Positions 1 to 9,200 of a stretch of DNA of 64,000 nucleotides are shown here, piece after piece. Each line of letters opens with the position of its first letter. Positions within the stretch are counted from its first letter, which is position 1. Origin of the DNA: Candidatus Cloacimonadales bacterium (GTDB taxonomy: Bacteria; Cloacimonadota; Cloacimonadia; Cloacimonadales; JAIOQZ01). The DNA is taken from contig OY762463.1 in the NCBI GenBank assembly GCA_963665815.1, forward strand, positions 2,560,001-2,624,000, in the 5' to 3' direction. A program made the translations under genes and the position numbers. The notes beneath the pieces are model-generated. The model ran no database searches. It saw only the letters and a list, made by a program, of their open reading frames with translations, and had not been told where the DNA came from.

Positions 1-191
1 GTGTTCTGTGCAGGAGCAGTTTTCTTCTTTTCCTGTTTATTAGAACCTCTTCTGAATACAACAATAGCCAGGATAATGGCAATAAACAGAATAATATAGG
101 ATATTGGAGCGTCGGTAATTATTAAACCTGCACCACCAATCACAATTAAGATAATTAGAGAAAAAATCAAATTTTTCCACGAGAATTCCAT
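1..191 (-). CDS. Membrane protein, 5' part only (runs off window edge)
   Basis: ATG at 191 with AAGGAGG RBS; hand translation MEFSWKNLIFSLIILIVIGGAGLIITDAPISYIILFIAIILAIVVFRRGSNKQEKKK shows two hydrophobic segments; not in ORF track. Confidence 0.7.
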   Translation of the reverse strand, partial: MEFSWKNLIFSLIILIVIGGAGLIITDAPISYIILFIAIILAIVVFRRGSNKQEKKKTAPAQN

Positions 192-572
192 ATTGTTTCC
201 TCCTTACGGTAAATATCATTTTCCGTGAGTTTTACATGGTCATAAAACTATTCTATTATGCAAATAATTCTTTTCCAGCATGATTTTTATTACAATGCAA
301 ATTTATGACAATATTTTTTTTGTATTTACAATGTTTTTCTGGTTTTGAGAAGTTATAAATCATGATTATTGCAGTTTGTGATAAACAAAGGATATTTCCA
401 GTATTCATAAAATCCATAATTATTAACACTGTAGTGCATTCAAATATATTACTGTTGACAGAAGATAATAGCTTCATTTTTTCTATTGTGTTGTATTTAA
501 AGAACAATTTATGCACGAATTACAATAACTTCAGAGATTATGAAATGTTCGGGAAATGAAATGGAGGAAAAA

Positions 573-1508
573 ATGAAATTCTATAAAGTATTACTAATTT
601 TACTCGTGTTATTCGGTTGTGCAAAAGAGAATAGAACTTTTTCAGTATCTGTTAGTAACAGAATACCCTACAAGGAAGATTTTGTTCCCTCGCAACTAAT
701 TAAAATTGATAATGAAACTATTTTGATTGGTAATGACTTTGAACCGCACCTTGTTCTCGGTAAGATTAAGGACAATGAATTTAATGTTCTGCAGAAATTC
801 GGGAAAAAGGGTCCGGGTCCTGAGGAATTCTCATTCTTTGATTATGGTACTGTTTCGTTTGATGGTGATTCTCTGTATGCCGTCGATGGCTTTAAGGGAA
901 ACACAATAAAGATATATGACTATAATAATGATGAGTTCAAGTTTGTTAAAACAATTAAACATTTCAGAACTTACGAGCACTTCAAGTTTGCAGAGCATAC
1001 TCTTGAAAGTTATTTCCTGACTCTTGATGACGTTAAACTGAAAAATGTTGTTACCAGTGATACAATACGAAAGAAAACTAAATTTTCGACAGATCATGAT
1101 ATTAATGAGTTAGCCAATCATGTAACAATTCGTTACAATGAGGATTACTTGTTTATGTTTTACAATTACTTCGGTAAACTGACAATACTGGACAAGAAAT
1201 TGAATACTGTGAAAGAGATTGATTTGTGCAACACATATAAAGCTGAAAAGGAACTGGGAGTATTCTTGACAAATGATGGGTTTGAGAGAGTATACCTGTT
1301 CAGCAAAATGCTTATTCTAGATGACTCAAATTTACTGTTCTATAAGTATTCTGAAGAAGATAAAGGAAAATTCTTTCTATATAACTGGAGAAATGAAACT
1401 GCTGAAGGAGAAGCATCGGTAGATGAGCAGCTATGGCAAATGATTAAGCTCGAAGACGATATCCTGGCAACTACTGAGGATGGTTTTGTTGTGTATGAAA
1501 TAAAATAA
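573..1508 (+). CDS. Lipoprotein, probable 6-bladed beta-propeller
   Basis: GGAGG RBS before ATG 573; lipobox LFGC; FGKKGPGPEEF motif typical of NHL-like propeller lipoproteins. Confidence 0.7.
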   Translation: MKFYKVLLILLVLFGCAKENRTFSVSVSNRIPYKEDFVPSQLIKIDNETILIGNDFEPHLVLGKIKDNEFNVLQKFGKKGPGPEEFSFFDYGTVSFDGDSLYAVDGFKGNTIKIYDYNNDEFKFVKTIKHFRTYEHFKFAEHTLESYFLTLDDVKLKNVVTSDTIRKKTKFSTDHDINELANHVTIRYNEDYLFMFYNYFGKLTILDKKLNTVKEIDLCNTYKAEKELGVFLTNDGFERVYLFSKMLILDDSNLLFYKYSEEDKGKFFLYNWRNETAEGEASVDEQLWQMIKLEDDILATTEDGFVVYEIK

Positions 1509-1675
1509 TTCTCTTATTCTTCGAACTTTAGTCTTGATCCGGAATCACATAAAGAGCATTTCGTAAATACACTTTGATCAGGTATATTTACTTTTAAAAA
1601 AGTTTTATTCTTGACTATTTCTATTGAAGTTAGCTTTACTTTGAATATACGGAATCTTAAAACTAAGGAGTGCAT

Positions 1676-4162
1676 ATGTTCGCAGTAATCCTGGGTTTCA
1701 TTACAATAATTCTGGCAGTTGTGATTATCGGCAAACTGAATGATCTGAAATCAGAGACTCAGGATCATTTAAACAAAATACTGGATAAAATCAAAAAGCT
1801 TGAAAGTAAACTGAGTCATTATGAGAAAACCGATACAGGGATTACTATTGAGCCGGAACACATTGATATTCCTGAAAATTCTTCTACAGAGAACAAACAG
1901 GAAGAGGATATATCCTATTATATTCCGGCAGAATCTGTTATCTCTAAGTCTAAAGAAGCTGGACCAGAAAATTCTGTTACAGAAGATAATTTCAAAGAGG
2001 TTACTGATCAGAAGGAACAAAAAATCGAAGAGCCGATTACATCTGATGAAAAAACTGTTAAATTAACTCCGAAAATTGTAGAAGATGCTCGTACTGTTCT
2101 CAAGAAAATATGGAGCTGGATTCTGGTTGGTGAGGAGTACCGTCCGGAAAACATGTCGATGGAATATGCAATTGCAAGCACCTGGCTGATGCGCTTTGGT
2201 ATTGTTGCAATTGTTTTCTGTATTGGATACCTGCTTAACAGTAATATAGATAATAAGATACTTAGTGAAACTACTCGGGTAGTAATCTCAATTGCAGTAG
2301 GAATTGCTGTAATATTCTTTGGATTGAAGCAGATCGGAAAAGCATATCATCTTCTCGGGCAGGGATTTATTGGAGGCGGATTTGCAATTTTGTATAATAG
2401 TATATATGCCGTCGGACCTTTGTACAATAAAATTCCGATACCTCTTGCCTTCGGACTGATGTTTCTGCTGACAATATCTTCCGGACTAATAGCAGTAAAG
2501 CTGGACTCTCTGCTTATTGCTATTCTGGGGATAATTGGCGGATACTGTACACCTCTTCTGCTCAACTCGTCTGTTGGCAGTCCGAATGTATTTTATGGGT
2601 ATTTATTGATTCTCAGCTTAGGAATACTTGGTATATCACATATAAAACAATGGCGTCTGTTGAATTATCTTGGATTTATTTTTACCTGGACGCTAATTCT
2701 CTATACAGACTGTAAAATCCCGGACAAGATATACTTTGCAAATAAGATAGTATTTCTATCACTTTTCTTTATGATACACTCCATGATAACATTCTATTTT
2801 AACCTGATTAAAAGAAAACAATCTGTTATTCTTGATATCATACATTTGATATTAAATACTACTATGTTTGCAGGAATGAGCTATGAGCTGATAAATCATG
2901 TTGCAGGCAGACCTTATCCTGCAATTATGTCTATATCAGTAACCATATACTTTATAGTGGAAATTCTTTTCTTCCTGAAGATAAAAGTAACTGATAAGAA
3001 TCTGCTAACAACTCTTATTGGTATGGCTGCATTCTTTCTTATCTGGTCAATTCCACTTCTCGCAAAAAATGAATCTCTGACTATAAGCTGGGCGATCATG
3101 GCATTTGTAATGCTATGGCTGGGATTCAAATTAAAAAGCAATCTTATGAGGTGGATATCTGCAATACTATACATAATTGTAATCTACAGGGCAGGCTTCA
3201 TGGAAATACCGGACAAGTTTACAGGGAATCAATGGATTAGTAAACCGATTATTGAATACTGGAAAATGTTCCTGACCAGACTTTGGACAATTGGAACAGT
3301 GATAGCGTCAGTATTTGGAGCGCATTTACTGTGCAACCGCAGAGCAAAAGCAATTGATGAGCTTGTAATAAAAAGTGACAATGATATTAAATTACAATTC
3401 AGAGAAAGCTATTTCATGCGTTTTGTGTTCTGGGCAGGTATTATTTTCACATTTATCTACCTTTTCCTGGAAACCGGTGAAATGTTCAGTTTCAATTTGT
3501 CTCTGAGTCTTACGATTCCAATGCTTGTTTTGTGCAGCTTCACGTATTTTATCATCTCAAGATTTATGAAGAGTGAAAATGGATTGATGTTGTTTATAAC
3601 ACTGATGGCTCTTTTCATCATTGTTCTTAAACAGTATATTTATGATTTTCATTTATGGCTTTTTACTACGGAATATCATGTATTTAATTCACATCCGGGA
3701 TTGTCCATCTTCCGATTGATTCAATATGCAGGTATACTGTATGTTATATACTTTGCTGTCAGAAACTTCAGAACAAAAACAACTTTGAATGGTTTATCAA
3801 AAGGATTAACTATTATTGGACTGGTTCTTCTGATTACTTACACAACATTGGAAATCAAAACGTTTTTCTACCATTATCTGAGAGATTTTATGGATGGAGC
3901 TGTTTCTATGAACTGGGCATTTTTTGCAATTGCCTTTGTAATCTTCGGAATAGTTAAAGACAGTAAAGCTTATAGATTCTCCGGTCTGATAATGTTCCTG
4001 ATAGTAATGATAAAAGTGTTCTTCATAGATCTGTCTGAAATGCCAGTTATTTACCGTGTTCTGGCATTTTTGATTGTCGGTATTCTGATGATTTTCGGAT
4101 CTTTCTTATACTTGAAATCAAACTCACTGTTTAAATTAAAGGGAAAATCAAATGAGGATTAG
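1676..4162 (+). CDS. DUF2339-type polytopic membrane protein
   Basis: N-terminal TM and acidic linker, many TM helices, GGYCTPLLL and YRVLAFLIVG motifs; AAGGAG RBS before ATG 1676. Confidence 0.75.
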   Translation: MFAVILGFITIILAVVIIGKLNDLKSETQDHLNKILDKIKKLESKLSHYEKTDTGITIEPEHIDIPENSSTENKQEEDISYYIPAESVISKSKEAGPENSVTEDNFKEVTDQKEQKIEEPITSDEKTVKLTPKIVEDARTVLKKIWSWILVGEEYRPENMSMEYAIASTWLMRFGIVAIVFCIGYLLNSNIDNKILSETTRVVISIAVGIAVIFFGLKQIGKAYHLLGQGFIGGGFAILYNSIYAVGPLYNKIPIPLAFGLMFLLTISSGLIAVKLDSLLIAILGIIGGYCTPLLLNSSVGSPNVFYGYLLILSLGILGISHIKQWRLLNYLGFIFTWTLILYTDCKIPDKIYFANKIVFLSLFFMIHSMITFYFNLIKRKQSVILDIIHLILNTTMFAGMSYELINHVAGRPYPAIMSISVTIYFIVEILFFLKIKVTDKNLLTTLIGMAAFFLIWSIPLLAKNESLTISWAIMAFVMLWLGFKLKSNLMRWISAILYIIVIYRAGFMEIPDKFTGNQWISKPIIEYWKMFLTRLWTIGTVIASVFGAHLLCNRRAKAIDELVIKSDNDIKLQFRESYFMRFVFWAGIIFTFIYLFLETGEMFSFNLSLSLTIPMLVLCSFTYFIISRFMKSENGLMLFITLMALFIIVLKQYIYDFHLWLFTTEYHVFNSHPGLSIFRLIQYAGILYVIYFAVRNFRTKTTLNGLSKGLTIIGLVLLITYTTLEIKTFFYHYLRDFMDGAVSMNWAFFAIAFVIFGIVKDSKAYRFSGLIMFLIVMIKVFFIDLSEMPVIYRVLAFLIVGILMIFGSFLYLKSNSLFKLKGKSNED

Positions 4163-5477
4163 ATATACAATAATATTACTTCTGCTGACGTCTTCTATGG
4201 TATTCTGTGTAAATGAGAATATTTTTCCATATTCCAGAGATGTTCAACTTTCGGAGAATAACGGCTCTTCTTTGGGAAAATTTATTCTGGATTCAGAATG
4301 TCTGGATAAATTGAATAACTCATATAGTAATATGCGGTTATACGAAGAGAATGAAGTTGCATTTATGGTCAGAACTTCCACCAAAGATGATTCAATTACT
4401 TCTGTTGTTACTTCTGAAACCGAAATTTTGTCTTTTATAAAAAACAAAGACTATTCCGAGATCATTTTTAAACTGACAGATAAGGATATGATTCCTGAGA
4501 AATGCGTTGTAGAAACATCTGCAAGGAATTTTGAGAATCAAGTATTCGTTTACGGTAGTAATGACAAAAAGCGATGGAAACTACTGTCGGAAAATCAGAT
4601 AATCTTTGACTACTCAAAATATGTTGATTTAAGAAATACAGAGATATTCTTTTCTAAGGAAAAATTCTCACTCTATAAGCTTGTGGTGAGTAGACAGATG
4701 CGGCAAAATGAATCACCTCTGTTAAGGATCATCGAGAGTTCCGGCTCAGGTACAAGTAATATTACTGATGTCAGCGAGCTGCGGAATTCAAGTATAAAGA
4801 TATCAGATATAAAATGCTCGGTAGAAATGTACAAGAAGAGTCATTCTCAGAGTGTGGATATTAAATATCCGGTTAGAGAATTCACAATTGAGGAAGTAGA
4901 GAAAACATCTCAGATTATTCTGGAAACATACAGAGAACCCATAAAAGAAATTAAGCTTCTGACAGATAACGAATATTTCTATAGAAATGTGATAGTGTAT
5001 GGATCAGAAGACAGTAATAGCTGGTCTATAATAAAACAAGATGTAATAAGTCGTTATGCAAAAAGTGACACAAGGAAGGATCATACTTTAATCAGATTCA
5101 GTAATTCCGTAAGAAGTCATTTCTTCAGAATTGTAATTAAAAATGAAGATAATGTACCGCTTATAATTAACAATACAGAGCTCAAAGGAGAACAGAAGGA
5201 ACTGATCTTTGTACATAATAACATCGAGTCTTTTCAGTTATACTACGGAGGAGATTCTAATTTAAGACCATCCTATGATATAGTAAAAATCAATTTGGAT
5301 GAGTTCAGCAAATTTAATTTGTATAACCTGAAATCTGAAAAAACAAATCCTGATTTCGAGAGTGTCAGAGATTTAGGGCAGTTATCAAAATATGCATTAT
5401 GGCTGATGATACTGATTTTGATTCCGGTTCTTATCTATCTCCTTTATTTCAGTATTAAGAAAGTGGATAAGATGTAA
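4152..5477 (+). CDS. DUF3999-like exported protein with C-terminal membrane anchor
   Basis: Signal peptide, IKNEDNVPL and LYYGG..RPSYD motifs, C-terminal TM; overlaps DUF2339 gene, its usual partner. Confidence 0.65.
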   Translation: MRIRYTIILLLLTSSMVFCVNENIFPYSRDVQLSENNGSSLGKFILDSECLDKLNNSYSNMRLYEENEVAFMVRTSTKDDSITSVVTSETEILSFIKNKDYSEIIFKLTDKDMIPEKCVVETSARNFENQVFVYGSNDKKRWKLLSENQIIFDYSKYVDLRNTEIFFSKEKFSLYKLVVSRQMRQNESPLLRIIESSGSGTSNITDVSELRNSSIKISDIKCSVEMYKKSHSQSVDIKYPVREFTIEEVEKTSQIILETYREPIKEIKLLTDNEYFYRNVIVYGSEDSNSWSIIKQDVISRYAKSDTRKDHTLIRFSNSVRSHFFRIVIKNEDNVPLIINNTELKGEQKELIFVHNNIESFQLYYGGDSNLRPSYDIVKINLDEFSKFNLYNLKSEKTNPDFESVRDLGQLSKYALWLMILILIPVLIYLLYFSIKKVDKM

Positions 5478-5602
5478 AACTGAAACTATAGATGCTATTT
5501 GAAACTTTTGAATAATAGAGTTATTACTGACTTTGCTTCACATAAAGAACAAGTACAAATTCACAGGCAATTCAATCTTATTGAACTATAAGCTAGTATA
5601 TC

Positions 5603-6178
5603 TTAGTTTTCACTATACCAGTTAAATCCCGGAATATCTTCATATAACATCAGGACATCAGTGTAAAACGTATCATCTCCGAGCTTCAGGAAAATTCTGT
5701 AAAACCCTTGCTGTACTACTTCACCTTCAGAAAGCCAGACAAGATTTTTAAATCCTGCAGTAACTTCCTCGTCTATCAGTATATCAATAACATTTTTTTC
5801 TTTAGAATCAGGTACATTGAAAAAGTTGTTTAACTCAGAATTCAGTGAATTTGAGGGATATGCGTTTTCTATCCATACTTTACAGTGCATATCCTCAGGT
5901 GATGTAAACACTACTACAGGACGTCCATTATTTGGGTTAGGACATAATTTCATATTGGGATAGACAACTGTAAATGTTTCGTCTGATCCACCATATTCAA
6001 CCTCTTGATTTTCAATCACATGAGGTGTACCTACTTCTCTAACAACTCCTCCACATTCATCAGTAACAAAAATACCTTCAACGATATTGTATTCTGAACC
6101 GGGTCCTATAGAGCTTCCATCTTCACAACTTGTACCCATAAGCAAAAATGCCAAAGCAATTAAAACTATATATTTCAT
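5603..6178 (-). CDS. Lipoprotein with FlgD-Ig/CTD-like domain (paralog of 62091-62627)
   Basis: GGAGG RBS before MKYIVL; lipobox-like GTSC; PNPxN and GFYRIFL motifs. Confidence 0.65.
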   Translation of the reverse strand: MKYIVLIALAFLLMGTSCEDGSSIGPGSEYNIVEGIFVTDECGGVVREVGTPHVIENQEVEYGGSDETFTVVYPNMKLCPNPNNGRPVVVFTSPEDMHCKVWIENAYPSNSLNSELNNFFNVPDSKEKNVIDILIDEEVTAGFKNLVWLSEGEVVQQGFYRIFLKLGDDTFYTDVLMLYEDIPGFNWYSEN

Positions 6179-6292
6179 AATTTTCCTCCTGTAAAATTGA
6201 GTCAGATTCAATATATATTTTTTTTAATATGTCAAGTTTTTTATACTAAATATTACACCATGCCGATATTATTATCAAAAAATCATCACAGA

Positions 6293-9200
6293 TCAAATGT
6301 ATCTTCCCGTAACAGACTCAGAAACATCTTTCAGTTCTTCAGGAATACATGTTGCTATAACAAAACCACCCTTACTGCCACCTACCGGTCCCAGATCAAT
6401 CACAAAATCGGCATTACGTATAACATCTGTATTATGCTCAATAATCACAATTGTATTACCGGAGTCTCTAAGCTTTTCCAGCAGCTTCAGGAGTCTTTCT
6501 ATATCCTCAAGATGAAGCCCTGTTGTAGGTTCATCAAGAAGAAAAAGTTTCTCACCCTTATTGTCTGTCAGCAGATTCTTACAAAGTTTTAACCTCTGAA
6601 CTTCTCCTCCGGACAATGTATTGAGGGATTGACCCAGCTTTATGTATCCCAGTCCTACTTCAGTCAGCATATTCAATACTTCGGATATCTTCTTATACTC
6701 AGCGAAGAATTCAAGAGCCTGCTGAACCGATAACTCCAGCACATCATGAATACTCCTTCCATACAGTTTAATTGCCAGTACTTCTTCTTTATAACGTTTC
6801 CCGTGACACATATCACATTCAAGGTTCACATCAGCGAGAAAATCCATACTGACCTTCATACGCCCTGACCCCTTACAGTTCGGGCATTGACCCTGTTTAT
6901 TCACATAGGAAAAGTGGGTTGCTCTATATCCATTTTCAACAGATTCCGGTAGTTTTGCAAACAACTTCCTTATATCATCGAATAACCCTGTATAAGTTGC
7001 AGGAACGCTGTTGGTTGATTTTCCCGGTTGCTGCTGATCTGACAGTATTACATCAGAAAAGTTTTCAAAACCATTAACCTTATCAGCATACTGAGGTTTA
7101 CCCATTGAATAGGAATCATAAATAACATCATTCATCAATGAGGATTTTCCGCTTCCAGAAACACCGGATATAACTGTGATCAAGCCTTTTGGAATATCTA
7201 TATCAATATTCTTCAAATTATTTGCTCTTGCACCGGTTATTCTTAAAGCTGATTCATCGGAATGCTTTCTTTTGATCGATATTGATTGCTCATGATTTAA
7301 ATATCTTCCGGTCTTGCTGTCGGGGTTAGCTTTAAGATCTTCAAAACTGCAATTGGCAATCAGATTTCCTCCATAAATTCCTGCTCCGCTACCTAATTCT
7401 ATTATTCTGTCTGCATTTTCAATTACATCCCTGTCATGCTCTGATACAATCACAGTATTACCTTTATCTCTGAGTTTTTTCAGGGTCGTAATCAGTTTGT
7501 CTGTATCTGCAGGATGAAGTCCTTTAGTTGGTTCATCAAAAATGTATGTTATACCTGAAAGTTCACTATTTGTCTGCACAGCAATTCTTAGTCTCTGAAA
7601 TTCACCACCTGAAAGCGAGTTTATTCTTCTTGATAGAGAAAGATACTCCAGACCGGTGCTCTCTATTGTTTCGAGCTTTTCTATCATTTCAGGATTTATC
7701 TTCTCAATCACAGCTTGTTCTTCAATTGTATAGCTTGAACTGAATTTCAACATCTCATTTAATTGCAGCTTTAACTCAGAGATACTGAGGGAAGCGAAAT
7801 CATGTATGTTTTTCCCATCTATAATGTAGGACAGTCCTTCCTGTTTCAAACCTGAACCATCACAATGCATACATTCTACTTCTGTAAAAAGATCCAGCAT
7901 CTGATTCCCACGCTTATCTTGATGTTTCCTCTCATATTCTTCTGCAATATAGCCGGTAAATCCCAGCCATACGGTCTTCATTCGGTGTTCACCTTCCCTA
8001 TTCTTGCGCTTGTACTTCCATACTACATCGTATTCACGACTACCTGTTCCGTACATGGCAATATCTTTTGCATCATTACTAAGATTACTCCAGATTTGAG
8101 AAAAATCTATTTGATGTTCAAAGCCAACCTGCAATAAAATCGCAACATACTGACCATAAGGATCACCATAGAACTTCCCTGTTTTACTCCCATCCATTGC
8201 TCCGGAAATCAATGCTTTTTCAGGTTCAGTAACAATTTTATCAGGATCAGCCATATTCATAAAACCAAGTCCCTTACAGACAGGACATGCACCTTTTTCG
8301 TCATTGAACGAGAATATGGATGATAAAACATTTTCATGGGCTGTATTCAGCTCGGACTTACCTATTCTGGCAAACATCAGACGGAGAATATCGTAAATAC
8401 CTGTTAATGTTCCCACAGTTGAACGAGGATTGTTATAATCTGTACTTTGCTTAAGGGCAATACAAGGAGAAAGTCCGGTTATACTTTCAGCATTCGGCTT
8501 TGCCATGTTTTTGAGGAATCGTCTGGCATATGTGCTCATACTCTCTGTAAAACAACGATGAGCTTCTGCAAAGATTGTATCAAACAGGAGGGAAGATTTG
8601 CCACTACCGGAAATCCCTGTTAAGACAGTCAGTGAATTATGTGGAATCTTAAGTGAGATGCTCTTCAGATTGTTCGTAGAAACACCATTCAGCTCTATCT
8701 CATCAGATAATTCTTCTCCTGTGAAATCTACTTTATTACATTCACTATTTGTAAAAGAATTAAATACAGAAGCTGAACTATCAAGCATATCCTGTGGATT
8801 TCCACTGAAAACTACATTTCCACCTGACGGACCACTTCCGGGACCAAGTTCAATGACATGATCACCCGAATACACAACATAAGGATTATGTTCAATGATG
8901 ATGATTGTATTTCCCTTATCTGCGAGTTTATGTAGGGCATTTAGAAGTACTTTCACATCATAAGTGTGCAGCCCGGTTGTAGGTTCATCCAGTATGTAAA
9001 GGGTTGAGCCGGTGTCCGGCTTGCAAAGCTCAGAAGCCAGTTTAACTCTCTGTGCTTCTCCACCGGAAAGTGTTGTAGATGGTTGACCAAGTGTGAGATA
9101 CCCAAGTCCTACATTCTTTAGAGTGTTAAGTATATGTGAAATTTTCTTGTTATCGCTGAAGAATTCTACTGCTTCATTTATTGTCATTTCCAGAACATCG

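Noticed and set aside
256-559. 86-aa and 65-aa ORFs in the first intergenic region
   Set aside because: AT-rich divergent promoter region; overlapping opposite ORFs without RBS or motifs
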